DNA from: the human T2T-CHM13v2.0 reference genome, Homo sapiens
Reading direction: 5' to 3' (one strand)
Assembly: GCF_009914755.1 (NCBI RefSeq)
Contig: NC_060936.1
DNA length: 64,000 bases
The notes under the pieces were generated by a model. That model worked only from the letters and a program-made list of their open reading frames with translations. It was not told the DNA's origin and did not search any database. Made by a program: the position numbers and the translations under genes. The stretch's first letter is position 1. Each line of letters opens with the position of its first letter. Shown in pieces: positions 1 to 23,917 of the stretch.

Positions 1-624
1 AATCTTTGGCACCAAGGAACTGGATTTCCCCAGTTGTATGAGTCACCCGATAACAAATTTCCCAGCTTAAATAGTTTTAAAGTTGTACTATTAGTAAGGC
101 AACACTGTTCATTGTGTCTCAGATTCAAGGATTTATAGTAACAATGTGTTTTAGCATGCATATTCTTTTTCAACATATACGTTTTTCTTTGATGCCGTAA
201 AAAGTCTTTCTGATGTTGAACAGTTTTAATGCAGTTATGCCATGATGGAACCACCCCTCTCCTCACTCCCAGAAAATCACACAGCTTGATATGTTTTTAG
301 CCTTCATCTGAATTGTAAAACACTGAATTCTTACAGTTTTCTGAAAGAAAAAGAAAAAAACTTGCCATTGCTATTTTGGGAGCATTTGTCCAGATAAATA
401 AAACACGGTCCTGATCCCACCCTGCCTGTCCTCGCATTTCTGAGAGTGAAGATACAGAACACTGCAGTCAGGGGAGAAAACATATTTTTTTTTCCTTCCC
501 TGTCAGAATCTGTTCCATTGGGAGGTGAAGTATATGAACCCAATTTTTGCCTTGGAGATAAAGAGAAAAAAATCAATTCTACCAAGATTTACTTTATGTG
601 AAAGCACTTAAGCAGATTCCCTAG

Positions 625-1375
625 ACATGTGTTTCTGAAGGGTTGCACCCTCCAGCCATCTGACTTTTGGCCAAGTCCAGAGACATTTTAGGTTGTCAGA
701 ACTACGGGGTGGGAGATGCTACTGGCATCTTGTGGGTAGAGGGCAGGGATGTTGCTAAGCATCCTACAACATACTAGACGGTCCCCACAAGCGAGTTGGC
801 CAAGTGCGATGGCTCATGCCTGTAATCCTAGTGCTTTGGGAGGTGGACATGGGAGGATCTCTCGAGCCCAGGGGTTTGAGACCAGGCCAACAAACAGTGA
901 GATCTCATCTCTACAAAAAAATAAAAAATTAGCTGGGTGTGGTGGTGCATGCAGGTTGTCCCAGCTATTCAGGAAGCTGAGGCAGGAGGATCACTTGAGC
1001 CCAGGAGGTCAAGGCTGCAGTGAGCTATGATCGCACCACTGCACTCCAGCCTGGGTGACAGAGCAAGACTCTGTCTCTAAAAAAAACACAAAAGCCTAGC
1101 TCAGTGGCTCACCTCTGTAATCCCAGCACTTTGGGAGGCTGAGCCAGCAGGATCACTTGAGCTCAGGAGTTAAAACCAAGCTGGGCAAGACCTCGTCTCT
1201 ACAAAAAAGAAAAAAAAAAAAAAAAAAAAAGGCCAGGCGCAGTGGCTCACAGCTGTAATCCCAGCACTTTGGGAGCCTGAGGCGGGTGGATTCCTTGACC
1301 CCAGGAGGTCGGCTGCAGTGAGATGTGATTGTGCCATTGCACTCTAGCCTGGGCGACAGGAATGAGACCTTGTCT

Positions 1376-1409
<34 letters not shown>

Positions 1410-1437
1410 GTTAGTGCCAAGGCTGAGAAACCCTGTC
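625..1437 (+). mobile_element. MER20 (hAT-Charlie) split by a cluster of sense Alus (797-1406)
   Basis: AGACATTTT..GGTTGTCA..TGCTACTGGCATCT..GGGTAGAGG..CAGGGATG..GCTAA..CATCCTACAA, resuming after the Alus with AGTGCCAAGGCTGAGAAACCCTG. Confidence 0.75.
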
Positions 1438-2863
1438 CAAGATTAATGCAGAGTACAGAGAAGAAAGAAGACCTCAGGAGGAGGGGGGAAACACCAAGAA
1501 ATACAAACACAAAATTAAAAGAAAAAAAAAAACCTAATAAACAGTGAATTTCACACCGATTTATAAAGATACAGGATTTTAGGGATTAACATTCCTATTT
1601 GGTGGCCTTTCAGGATATTGCGAAGAGGACTTTAAGGTCATTTTGAGTTTTTCTACTACTACATTTTTATCAATTCTTTCACCAAGCATTTCTTGAGCAC
1701 CTACTGTGTGCCAGAGGCTGAGGACACAAAGATGTGAGCTTTTCTCTTCCCTGGGGGAGCTGGGAGATTTTAGTGGTGGAAATACCTATAAATGAAGAAT
1801 TGGAATTCCAAGGACAAGAGGTAAAGGGCAAGAAAAAGAGTTCTTCTCTATACCAAGCACTCCTGCTTACCTCCAGTCATCTTCATTCCGCTCTCACCAG
1901 TGAGTGTTATTCCCTTTTCACAAAAGAAGAAACTGTGAGATTAATAACAAGAGCAGACAAGCAAGTGTCGGGCCCTGTTCTCAATGTTTTAATTAATTAA
2001 TTTATTTTTAAATTGTTGTTGTTGTTGTTGTTGTTTTGAGACCAAAGTCCCCCTCTGTCGCCCAGGCTGGAGTGCAGTGCTGTGATTTCGGTTCACTGCA
2101 GCCCTCGCCTTCTAGGTTCAAGCAATTCTCATGCCTCAGCCTCCCGAGTAGCTAGGATTATAGGCGTGCACCAACGTGCCCAGCTAATTTTTGTATTTTT
2201 AGTAGAGACCGGGTTTCACCATGTTGGCCAGGCTGGTCTCGATCACCCAACCTCAAGTGATCCACCCGCCTCAGCCTCCCAAAGTGCTGGGATTACAGGC
2301 ATGAGTCACCACGCCCAGCCCTCAGTGTTTTCTCATGTAACTCATTTTATTTTTTTTATTAACTCATTTTACTTTCACAACTATCCTTTGAGGAGGGCAT
2401 TAATATCATCACCTTCGTTTTACATCCGTGGGTGCTGAGGGACCAAGCGTTTAGGTAACTTGTCCAAGGTCCCACAGCCAGGCTGTCTGGCCGCAGAATC
2501 CATGCCCTTCACAATCTACACTGGTGCTTCTCTTATGCTTCATCCAAGGAAGAAAATGGTAGATCTGGGCTTAAAAGCCAGAGTGTGACTGGAAACCCAA
2601 TGCTCTTCTGCTACATGATACTCTCCCCTGTTCTAGAAAAGAGCTCAACATGCTATAGGCTCACAGGTGTCTGATTGCGCCTGAAGAAGTCAAAGTCGAT
2701 TTCAGTTGGAGGTAGCATCTGAGCTCGTAGTGGAGGTATATGCCAGAAGGAAGGTCAGACAAAGGGAGAAGGACAAGAACAGCTGGAATAGAAAACAATA
2801 AACTTCACCATGGCTAGCAGTTTGTTGTGGTTGGAATGTAAGCTATACCAGAGCAAAGGACTA

Positions 2864-3043
<180 letters not shown>

Positions 3044-3208
3044 CTACTCAGGAGGCTGAGGCAGGAGGATCACTTGAGCCCAGGAGGCTGAAGCTGCAGT
3101 GAGCCATAATCATACCACTGTACTCCAGCCTGGATAACAGAGCAAGACCCTGTCCCCAAAAAAAAGAAAAAAAAAAAGAACCTAGAGAAGTAAATAAGGG
3201 CAAGATCA

Positions 3209-3598
<390 letters not shown>

Positions 3599-3695
3599 TC
3601 AACCCATACTTTGGAGTCTAGAACAAATATTTCCCATTCCTTTCTGTCCACATGCCCTGCTCTTGTTCTTTTTAATCTCACTTTACCTGGTTTAA

Positions 3696-4013
<318 letters not shown>

Positions 4014-5322
4014 TAAATGTGTATAATGTGGGAGAAGAAGACGAAAAATCTGGACTGCCTTTCCCCTAGCAATTCTCAGCAGCTCTCAATGCCACTCAAG
4101 CCTGCTGACCTGCAGGAGTTATTAATGATGACAGAGTGCTGTTGAAAGCAATAAGCAATGTGATGAAATTACAACCAAAATCACGCTTTCTAGATTGATG
4201 TGGTTGGGTACATTTTGAGTGACAGTGGTCCTATTAGTAATACTCATATAGGGCTTTATAGTATACCAAGCGTTTTTACATGCACTCTGTTGTTTGATCA
4301 TCAAAACAAACCAAGGAGGTAGGTGTTATCCCATTTCACAGATGTGGAAACTGAAGCTTCCAGAGCTTGTTTGGGTAAGTAGAAAGAATGAACACAGAAC
4401 TCCAGACTTCCAGTCTCATCCTCTCTCCTTGCCTTCCTGCCTTGCCTTCCTCCCTCTTTAACAATATTTTCTTTTGTTTTGTTTTTGTTTTTATATGTTT
4501 TAATTTTCCTGTATGAGTGGGACAGCAAAAGCCAGGAGACTTGATTTGTCCTCCCCTGTCTTGTGTAGGGTTAGCCCACTGTGGCCCCTACGCTTGCTAA
4601 TGCAGCCCCGTGATGTTTTTCCAGATCTCTCCTGTCACCCTTAGTGGCTCTTGATCCTGATGGATCAAGAGTGTGCTTCTTGGCTAGGTGCAGTGGCTCG
4701 CACCTATAATGCCAGCACTTTGGGAGGCCAAGGTCGGGGGAACACTTGAGGTCAAGAGTTAGAGACCAGCCTGGCCAACATGGTGGAACTCCATCTCTAG
4801 TAATACAAAAATTAGCCGGGCATGGTGGCGGGCACCTATAATCCCAGCTACTTGGGAGGCTGAGGCAGGAGAACTGTGTGAACCTGGAGGCAGAGGTTGC
4901 AGTGAGCCAAGATCTCGACACTGCACTCCAGCCTGGGCAACAGAGTGAGACTCCATCTAAAAAAAAAAAAACACCACCACCATCACCAACAACAACAACA
5001 GAAAGAGTGTGCTCTTTGGCATGGCACAGAAGACTTTCTGCGTCCTGTCTTCTGTCCTCCTGTGACCAACCATCCTGGTTTGCCCAGAACTGAGGGACAG
5101 GGGACTTTCACTGCTAAAACTGGGACAGTTCTGGGCAAAGTGGAGCAGTCGGTTACTCTTGTTCTCCCTCTCCAGCTGCCTAATCTGCCACTCTCAAACT
5201 CCAACTTCTAAGATCCCAGCAATTGCTGTCCTGTTTCAACCCCCTGCCTTTGCTTATGCTGTTCTTTTTATCGAAAACACATACCTCTACCTTCTCTCAG
5301 CCACTTCCTACTTTTTCTTTAA

Positions 5323-5412
<90 letters not shown>

Positions 5413-5659
5413 TGAGACCATCCTGGCTAACACGGTGAAACCCCATCTCTACTAAAAATACAAAAAATTAGCCGGGCGTGGTGGTGGGCACCTGTAGTCC
5501 CAGCTACTCAGGAGGCTGAGGCAGCAGAATGGCATGAACCTGGGAGGCGGAGCTTGCAGTGAGCCGAGATGACGCCACTGCACCCCAGCCTGGGTGACAG
5601 AGCAAGACTCCGTCTCAAAATAAATAAATAAATAAATAAAACTATGTTCTTAAATGTAG

Positions 5660-6395
<736 letters not shown>

Positions 6396-6414
6396 CAAAG
6401 CATTTGTTTCTTTG

Positions 6415-7152
<738 letters not shown>

Positions 7153-7756
7153 AGGCTGTCTCTTCCAGAATATGTTATGCTTCTTTGTAAGGCATCTTTT
7201 CATCCCAGTCTGTTGTAGAATTCCTGGCATGTAGTAGGCAAGTAATAAAGCTATGCAAGCAGATCAAATGGTGCTAGGACTCTGTAAGAATTTTTCTCAG
7301 TTCTCTTCCACAGATCTCTTGCCAGAGAGAAAAGGTTCCCCTCAGGGCAGCAAGGTAGAAGACTCAAGAAGTGAGCAGAGTTGAGATCATAGAAGGCTTG
7401 GCTTTCCATGCTTAGGGGTGCAGGCTTTCATGTGTTTGCAATGGAGAGTCATTAACAGGACAAAAAAAAAATCGGTGGCCCTTTGTCTATGAACTCAATA
7501 AGAGCCTGGGCAAGAAAAAAAGAAATGTAGGTAACCAGCCCAGCAAGAATAGCAACAAAGAGGCAACACTCAAGCCTCCTAGTATGTCTAGAGTTCTGTA
7601 CACCCTCCTCAGGGCTAGAAGGGCCTCAGTGTCTGAGTCTACCTGAGCCCACAGGTGGAAGAACAAAACAGGAAACATTTCCTGACCCAAGAAAATAGTT
7701 TAAATTGCAAAGGCACACATTACAGTTAGGTACAATATAAACAATTCCCTGGCACA

Positions 7757-7940
7757 TTTATTCTCAAACTTTAGTGTACGTCAGAATCACCTGTAGGGCT
7801 TGTTAACACAGAGATTGCTGAGTCCCATCCTCAGAGATCTGATTCAGTAGGTTTGAGATGTGGCCTGGGAATCTGCATGTCTAACAAGTTCCTAGGTGGT
7901 GCTGCTGGTCTGGAGACAATGCTTCTAGGACCACCACTCC
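7757..7940. mobile_element. MER5A-type hAT MITE
   Basis: TTCTCAAACTTTAGTG..TCAGAATCACCTG..GGGCTTGTTAA..GATTGCTG..TCTGATTCAGTAGGT..TCTAACAAGTTCC. Confidence 0.75.
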
Positions 7941-8216
7941 AGAACCCACTCCACCTCTCTCTCATCAACGGATAACTTGCCTGTCCTTGATTCAAGGCTT
8001 GCCTCTTTCCTTGCTAACAACATCCCTCAATCTCCTTTCAGGGACTCATTCTCCTTTGGACATTTTCAGATCTGTGCTATGGGTGGGGAGGACAAAATAA
8101 CACCTTCCCTCATCAGAGCTACCTTAACCCTCACTCTACTTCTGTCTTTTTCTTACAACTTCAAAAATTGTTTGTGGCTGGGCGTGGTGGCTCACGCCTG
8201 TAATCCCAGCACTCTA

Positions 8217-8583
<367 letters not shown>

Positions 8584-8661
8584 TTATAAGCTGGGCGCGG
8601 TGGCTTATGCCTGTAATCCCAGCACTTTGGGAAGCCGAGGCAGGTGGATCATTTGAGGTCA

Positions 8662-9060
<399 letters not shown>

Positions 9061-9118
9061 CTAATTAACCAATTCCAGAATTACCTGTCTTCAGACTTCT
9101 TGCTATGTGTAATGATAA

Positions 9119-9408
<290 letters not shown>

Positions 9409-9473
9409 TAATCTGCCCGCCTCGGCCTCCCAAAGTGCTGGGATTACAGGCGTGAGCCACTTTGCCCGGCCGC

Positions 9474-9508
<35 letters not shown>

Positions 9509-9984
9509 GAGACAGAGTCTCACTCTGTCGCCTCTGGCTGGAGTGCAGTAGTGCGATCTCAGCTCACTGCAACCTCTGTGCCTCCTGGATTCAAGCGATT
9601 CTCCTGTCTCAGCCTCCTGAATAGCTGGGATTACAGGAGCCCGCGACCACACCCAGCTAATTTTTGTATTTTTTTTAGTAGAGACGGGTTTTCACCAAGT
9701 TGGCCAGGCTGGTCTCAAACTCCCGACCTCAGGTGATCCACCCGCCTCGGCCCCCCAAAGTGTTGGGATTAAAGGAGTGAGCCACCGCTCCAGGCTCACC
9801 CCTTTAGAATCTACTTGCTACTCTGAGTACCTTCTTACAAATGCAATTGCGGTGCTTCTCACAGATTCATTTAAAAAAAAAAAAAAAAGAGGCCGGGCGC
9901 GGTGGCTCACGCCTGTAATCCCAGCACTTTGGGAGGCCGAGGCGGGCGGATCACGAGGTCAGGAGATCGAGACCATCCTGGCTA

Positions 9985-10209
<225 letters not shown>

Positions 10210-11477
10210 TTATATAGAGATTGGTGGTGGTGGTGATTTTTGTTGCATTTGGGAGTTGCTATGAAAGTTGAGGGACTAATTTTTTTTTTCTTTTTGCTTA
10301 GGCAAACTCCTGAAAACTACTTCTCTTCCTATTTTCATGCAGAGAAACTTAATTTCTCCTTGCCTTTTCTCCCCCTGTGGAGTTAAAAATAGTATGGATG
10401 CATTTATTTTGTGTCAATTTCCATTAGGATGCCTGCAGATACTAACAGATTCTTCAAAGTCCAAAAAGCAACCTCAGATTTTCACATTGGGGTAAGTGGA
10501 AAATAGAAGGCCCTTGATTCCTATTAACTAACCTGATTGGGTATCACCATTGTTTTCATTGCTAATAATTGTTTTCCAATGAGAATATGAATATTTTTAT
10601 TTTAATGGAAGTTTTATACCTACAGTAAATTCATAGGCATTAGTTCATTCACTACTAAAATGTATACTTCTCTGAACTCAGACACACAGGCCATTTAACA
10701 GGATACATGTGACATAATAAATTAAAGTGACATGAAAATGAAAGTTTCATCTATTTAGAACTGCAGAGAAGATTTCAGGTTGTCAGATTATATGTTATTA
10801 CTAACTCTTGGTTATTGAGGTTAGTGCAGTAAATTGATTGAGTGCTTCATTTAAAATACTAATTGAGCACCTGTCTGTAAACAGCAGTTAGGCAATATGG
10901 GTGAATACTAAAAAGGTAACTTTGGTAATATTGGGAATACTAAAAATATATACAGAGAGAACGAGCACGAAAGTTTCATTAAAGAAAAGTGTAATGGAAG
11001 ACATTTGACATATACATAAGAAAAACTCATTAATAATGAAAAGCAACCATACAAGAAATTTAAAGAAGCAGAGTGCCGAGGGAGTGGGGGCGGTGGGAGG
11101 CGGTAAGTGCTAAGCATCGGTCCCCTCAGCAGTTTGAATGATTTTATGAAGCAGCTAAGATTCCTTCATAGGAAGCTGAGAGAGGGTGAGGGTAAGTGGA
11201 GGGGCTTGGATGATCACAGTATGAAAAAATGGGAAAAATGGAAGGAAGACTATTCTATTCAAGAAGACCTAACAGCAAAGCCATGCTCATGGACCAGTGA
11301 CTAGGCCAATCTGACCAGAGCAGAGATTTCAGATGGGAAAAAGCGTGAAAATCATATTTTAGTAGCGTTGGAAAATATTTACGATTTCATCAGCAAGTTT
11401 CCTGGAAGAGATTGAGACTGGAAGGTTAGTTTGATTTATCAGTGTCTAGTAAAGTTGAAAACACACATACGATATGT

Positions 11478-11985
11478 TCTAGTCAATGCTTGGCAGGAAA
11501 CAGAATGAGCTCTCACCCTGGGTAATTGAGGACAATTCAATAAAAGAACTATTTACCAAAATGTGGGCAGGGTTAATGGCAACCTTAAAAAGCAACAAGG
11601 GTAGCAATAGCAGGGGAGCCTGGGGGACTTCATTGCTGCCCCCAGGCCTGAAGAGGCAAAGAGAGGGAATGGTGATCAGAACTGCAGAACACAGGGAGAA
11701 TAGCAGGGGCAGTAGGAGAGCTCCTTGACAGGAGGCCTTTGGTGGAGGAATGCAGCCAACCCACAGAGGCCCAGCAGGACGGGAGCCAGGAGAATAAATG
11801 CCCAGATCACACTCTCCTCCCACCCTCTGCTTTCCTGCTGGCATCTTCCAGAGGCCAAATCCAACAAGAAGTCAGAGGGAAAGGAAATTCATGGCTAGCA
11901 GTTCATAAAGGTCAGCTTCCTGGGGCCAATGCAGGGAGGAAGAAAGAGAAGATCAGAGGAGCAAATGGAAAACATCCAGTATACC
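11478..11985 (-). mobile_element. Old ERVL/MaLR-type LTR relic (subfamily uncertain)
   Basis: CAGGAAACAGA..GGGTAATTGAGG..TATTTAC..TGTGGGCAGGG..AATCCAAC..GAAGTCAGAGGG..GGTCAGC pattern typical of ancient LTRs. Confidence 0.45.
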
Positions 11986-12001
11986 ACGTGACCCACAATT
12001 C

Positions 12002-12977
<976 letters not shown>

Positions 12978-12999
12978 ATTCTACTCTAAATTTCACACC

Positions 13000-13336
13000 G
13001 TATAGAAACTTCCACGTGTGCAAAAGGACAAGCACAAATATTGTCTTGTAGCATCGTTTTTAGTAGCTCTAAATTGGGGAACAACTGAATGTTCGTCAAT
13101 ACGGGGCTACGTAAATTGAGGTGTATTCATTGATAGAATGTAGTGCAGCCATTAAAACGAATGAACTGGATATATATAAGCATTTGTGTGTGTTTGTGCA
13201 CGCGTGCACATGCATGTTTTAGAGGGATACATGTAGTATGACATACTGAATAAAAATATTTAAAACACACAGAAAAAGCAATTGTATATTGTTTCTACCT
13301 ACATGTTATGTAATAGAAGTATAAAAACATGAATAA
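13000..13336 (+). mobile_element. Old L1M 3'-end fragment
   Basis: GTAGCATCGTTT..AAATTGGGGAACAACTGAATGTTCGTCAATA..GCAGCCATTAAAACGAATGAACTGGA. Confidence 0.6.
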
Positions 13337-13399
13337 GGCCGGGCACGGTGGCTCACACCTGTAATCCCAGCACTTTGGAAGGCTGAGGTGGGTGGATCA

Positions 13400-13946
<547 letters not shown>

Positions 13947-14029
13947 TCAGAGAAACTCAAATTGTGATAGTAGTTTCTTCTGGTGAAGGAAGAAAAGAGA
14001 ATGATATCAGGGAAGATGAAAAAAGAGAC

Positions 14030-14696
<667 letters not shown>

Positions 14697-15458
14697 GGGG
14701 CCTTCAACTGTATTGCTTATTTCAGAAAGATCTGAGGCAAATATGACAAGTCTAGTGATACTGCTATGAAGGGGGAAAAAGGCAGAGGAAGGAGATGGGG
14801 AATCATGGTGGATGACATTTAAAATCTAGGAAGAATGATTACAAGAATCCCTCCTGGGGAGGGGATATCAGCGCAGAGACCTAAATGAGGGGAGGGTAGA
14901 GATGCAAACATCCAGGGGACCAATACTCCAAGCTGAGGGAGCGGCAGGTACAGACACTAAGGGGTATCCTGTTTGGCTCATGACTGCAGTCCCAGCACTT
15001 TGGGAGGCTGGAGCAGGAGAATTGCTTGAGCCCAAGAATTGAAGACCAGCCTGGGCAACATAGCAAGACCCTGTCTCTACAATTAAAAAAAAATTAGCCA
15101 GGCATTGTGGTACATGCCTGTAATCCCAGCTACTCAAGAAACTGAGGCAGGAAGATCATTTCAGCTCAAGGGGTTGAGGCTGCAGTGAGCCAAGATCACA
15201 GCACTGCACTCCAGTGTGGGTGACAGAGCAAGAACCTGTCTCTTAAAAAAAAAAGTGTATATATATGGAAAAAAATATATTTATATAAGGAGAATATATA
15301 TATATTTCCATATATATATTTATATAAGGAGAATATGTATATTCTCTAAAAATATATATGTTTTTCCTTATATATGAAAAAATATATATATATACTCCCT
15401 AAAAAGGAATTCCCTGCATTTTAAAACTGAAATATATATAAATGTTTTATATACATAA

Positions 15459-15755
<297 letters not shown>

Positions 15756-15819
15756 TGATCCACCCACCTTGACCTCCCAGAGTGCTAGGATTACAGGCGT
15801 GAGCCACCACACCCAGCGT

Positions 15820-17500
<1,681 letters not shown>

Positions 17501-17568
17501 TGTGAAGTCTTGGTTTGTGTGTGTGTGTGTCTGTGTTGTTTTTTTTTTTTTTTTTTTTTTTGAGATGA

Positions 17569-17682
<114 letters not shown>

Positions 17683-17995
17683 TGACAGGCACGTGCCACA
17701 ATACCTGGCTGTTTTTGTATTTTTAGTAGAGATGGGGTTTCACCATGTTTGCCAGGCTGGTCGCGAATTCCTGACTTCAGGTGATCCACTGCCTCAGCCT
17801 CCCAAAGTGCTGGGATTACAGGTGTGAGCCACTGCGCCCAGCCAAGTCTTGGTATTTTAATGTTCCCCAATTCAGTGTGTGTGGAGAGTACTGGGCAGCT
17901 CTGGAGTGGACATTCACCTGCATGTTATCTGATGGGTCTCTCTCCTTGGTTCAAGAGTGCAAGGCCAGGTAGTAAGCCAGATGTGGCTTAGGTAA

Positions 17996-18832
17996 GTGAT
18001 TAATTTTATGTGTCAACTTGACTGGGAACTTAGTGTTGAATGTGATGCCCAGATTAAACATTATTTCTAGGTGTGTCTGGAACTCGGTACTACCACCTTA
18101 CTCCCCAGGTGGTCTGGGAGAGGCAGCAACAGAAAGTAGACAGTTTATTAGGGACCCAGCAGATGCTGGAAGCCCAGGGAAGGGAGTTTCAGGGCCCTGC
18201 ATCCCCCTACCTGTCCCCACAAATGCACCAGCTGCTAAGACCACACCTCAGCCTCCTTCACCGGACCCCTAACCCCCCAACTATCTCTTCCTGTGGTTGG
18301 TCAGTCTATCCACATAGGTGATGTTATTTGTCCAGCTGGCATCTACAATTCATCAGTCAGAACCTTGGTGATGACCTGTCCAGAGTGGCAAGGGGTCCAG
18401 GCAGATGAGGGTGTTTCCAGATGAGATGAGCATTTGAATTGGTAGACTCAGAAAAGTACTTTGCCCTCCCCAGTGTGGATGGACACCGTCCAATTTGTTG
18501 AGAGCCTAAACAGAACAAAAGGTAACAAAATAAGGAATTCACCTCCCCCCACTTTTTTTGTTGTTGTTGTTGTTCCTGTCTCACTGCTTGAGCAGGGACA
18601 TCTCATTTCATCTTCTCCTGCTCTCAGACTGGGATTTATGCCATCAGCTCCCCTGGTTCTTAGGCCTTTGGAAATGGATGGAATTATACTACTGGCTTTC
18701 CTGGGGCTCTAGCTGGCAGATGGTAGATTACGAGACTTCTCAGCCTTCATAACTGCATGAGCCAATTCCTTATCATCTATCTACCTATCTATAAGTCCCT
18801 TTGGTTCTGTTTCTCTAGAAAATCCTAATACA
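17996..18832 (+). mobile_element. MLT2-family LTR with a ~325-bp internal insertion (about 18082-18406)
   Basis: GATTAATTTTATGTGTCAACTTGACTGG..AACATTATTTCT..GGTGTGTCTG, then GAGGGTGTTTCCAGATGAGAT..GCATTTGAAT..GCCCTCCCCAGTGTGG..TTGGTTCTGTTTCTCTAGAAAATCCTAATACA. Confidence 0.75.
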
Positions 18833-19368
18833 GGACAGGTGTAGTGGCTCATGCCTATAATCCTAGCACATTGGAAGGTCGAGGCAGGCAGATTACCCGA
18901 GCTCAGGAGTTTGAGACCAGCCTGGGCAACATGGCAAAACCCTATCTCTACAAAAAAAAAAAAAAATGCAAATATTAGCCAGGCATAGTGGCATGTACCT
19001 GTGGTCCCAGCTACTCAAGAGACTGAGGTGGGAGGATCACTTGAGCCCAGGAGGTTGAGGCTATAGTGAGTCATGATCACGCCACTGCATTCCAGCCTGG
19101 GCAACAGAGCCAGACCCTGTCTCAAAAATAAATAAATAAATAAGAAAATCCTAATATACCAGGTGTTCATTATAAGTAGCTAGGGGGTTGGGACAGGAAA
19201 ATAAAGAAGTTGGTGGTGCAGGAAGAGGCTTGGAGTCAGGGATCAAGGGGCTATTTGAGGGCTTGGACTAGGCTTATGCCTCCAAGAATGGAAAAGAGAT
19301 GGAAGCAAGAGACATTAGGATATGGCTAGGATCAAAAAATCAGATGATAGGCCGGGTGCAATGGCTTA

Positions 19369-20985
<1,617 letters not shown>

Positions 20986-21290
20986 AGGGACAGAAGTCTG
21001 GGCACAGTGGCTCGCGACTGTAATTCCAGCAGTTTGGGAGGCCGAGGTGGGCGGATCACGAGCTCAGTTTTTTTTGTTTGTTTGTTTTGAGACGGAGTCT
21101 CCCTCTGTCGCCCAGGCTGGAGTGCAGTGGCGCGATCTCGGCTCACTGCAAGCTCCGCCTCCCGAGTTCACGCCATTCTCCTGCCTCAGCCTCCGGAGTG
21201 GGATTACAAGCGACCGCCACCACGCCCGGCTAATTTTGTTTTTGTTTTTGTTTTTGTTTTTTTGGTATTTTTGGTAGAGACGGGGTTTCA

Positions 21291-21750
<460 letters not shown>

Positions 21751-21837
21751 CTACTAAAAATACAAAAATTAGCCAGTCGTGGTTGTGGGCACCTTTAGTC
21801 CCAGCTACTCGGGAGTCTGAGGCAGGAGAATTGCTCA

Positions 21838-21999
<162 letters not shown>

Positions 22000-22369
22000 T
22001 CATGAGTGACTAGTTATGGGGGCTAGAGAGAGGAAGGAGACAAAGAGAACGTCAACTATTCAGTTCATTATGACATGGAGAATGTGACGGTAATCACCAC
22101 TGATAGAAACAGGACAATATGTGGAAACTGAAAGAAATAAAACTGCAGTTTGGAGGAAGAGATCTAATAAGGTTAAGGAAAAATACTAGGGCCCTGTAAG
22201 TTATTTTTGGGTTGATTAGAATTTTACTAGCTTTCCCCTACAAACTCCAAGAAAATGTCTTTTTCATATATTTTCATATCTCATGGGCCTATATTAAGTC
22301 ATGATCCTGGACCAAATGCTGACTCCATCTAGGTATGGCAGAGAAGCTAAGCATCCCTCAGTTTCCACA

Positions 22370-22816
22370 CTGTCCTTTTTCCTGTTAGCAGAGAAACCAA
22401 TGCTTTCCCCCAGTTTTCACTGAGAAAATGGCCACTTCCCAGTTTCCTCTGTTGGCTGGATATGTCCATATAACTAAGTTCAGCCCAATGGGATGGGAGG
22501 GAGAGCGATGTGTGCAACTTCTAGATCATCATCTTAAAGACAAAACTTTTTGCAGTGAATACTCTTTTTGCTCTTCCTGAGGACTGAAACATGGGCTGAG
22601 CTAGTCTCCATCACATGAGCAGGACAGTGCTTTAGGACAATTGGATAAAAGCGATCCTTATTCCTTAGTGGCAGGTGGAAGAGAATTGCTTAGCTAGCCC
22701 TGGATATCTGACCACTAGCTGTTTTGTGGTACTCAGAAATGAATTTCCATTTTATTTAAACCACTATTTTCAGGTCTCTTTGTTACCATAGTTCGGCCTC
22801 TACCGAAATTAATACA
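22370..22816 (+). mobile_element. Old MLT1 (MaLR) LTR relic
   Basis: CTTCCCAG..ACTAAGTTC..CCAATGGGATG..GATGTGTGCAACTTCT..TTTAAACCACT..TCTCTTTGTTAC..TAATACA. Confidence 0.55.
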
Positions 22817-22849
22817 CCAGTGGGGAATGGGATGAGCTTGATGCTAGTG

Positions 22850-23417
22850 GGCCAGGGAAGGTCCCTAAACGCTGGTGGGACCACAACCCTGGCTGGTGTC
22901 CAGGCTCTTGACACCATCACAAGAAGGAATTCAAGAATGAGTCAGAAAATAGTGAAAGTGTGGAGATTTATTGCAAAATGAAAAGTACACACTCAAGAAA
23001 GTGGAGTGAGGGCGTACTCAACAGAGAGTCACGCAATGGAGTTTGGGGTTTCTAACCTTCATGGGTTTATTTAACCGAGGGGTGGAATATTCATGAAGAT
23101 TCCTGGAAAAAGGTGGAGTTTCTCAAAACTCTGGTGCCACTCATTTTTACACCAAATATGAGTCCTCCTAGAACTGTCCTGGTGCTGGTAGGTGTGTGAT
23201 TGGTATGTTAATGAGTGTATAATGAGGTCCTCAGTGAAACCTAGGTCAAATCCAGTGCCATGTTTGGTCTGGTAGGTCTTAGCCAGCTCAGTCCACATCC
23301 TGTTTTTCAGGGTTTTATCAGCCCCTCGCTTCTGTAGCTATTTCATCAGTTTCCTTTTGCTAGTTATGTGAACCTGCCTCCTGGAATTTTCTGTTCTCCT
23401 GAGACCACCCTGTATTA
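22850..23417 (-). mobile_element. ERV1 LTR (MER66/MER41-group-like)
   Basis: TCCAGGCTCTTGAC..AAGGAATTCAAGAATGAGTC..GATTTATTGC..AAGTACACACTCAAGAAAG..GGGGTGGAATATTCATGAAGATTCCTGGAAAAAGGTG. Confidence 0.55.
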
Positions 23418-23917
23418 AGGTGACTGAGTCAATTCAATCAGGGTCCACCTCTGGGGATGGGGCCAGGAGAGGGGTCATCTTCCCTGAAGCACCTGAGTTT
23501 TATATGGAACAGTGGACATCTGAATGAAAACTCAAGGTGCTTTTCCAAAGAAGAAGGGGGAAAGGATATTGAGCAATCAAAAGCAGAAAATGGGCCGGGT
23601 GCAGTGTCTCACACCTATAATCCCAACACTTTGGGAGGCTGAGGTGGGCAGATCACTTGAGGCCAGGAGTTCGAGACCAGCTTGGCCAACATGGCCAAAC
23701 CCCGACTCTACTAAAAACACAAAAATTAGCCGGGCATGGTGGTGCATGCCTGTTATCTCAGCTACTTGGGAGGCTGAGGCATGAGAATTGCTTGAACCTG
23801 GGAGGTGGAGGTTGCAGTGAGCCAAGATCATGCCACTGCATTATAGTCTGGGCAACCGAGTGAGACTCTTTTGCAAAAGAAAAAAAAAAAAGCAGAAAAG
23901 GTTCACTACAACCTAGA

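Noticed and set aside
10210-11460. Alu-free AT-rich block as a possible exon or conserved element
   Set aside because: No convincing ORF, splice pair or recognisable RNA; conservation cannot be judged from this sequence alone.
13195-13210. 16-bp perfect palindrome TGTGCACGCGTGCACA
   Set aside because: Arises within an alternating purine-pyrimidine low-complexity patch in an L1 relic; no evidence of function.
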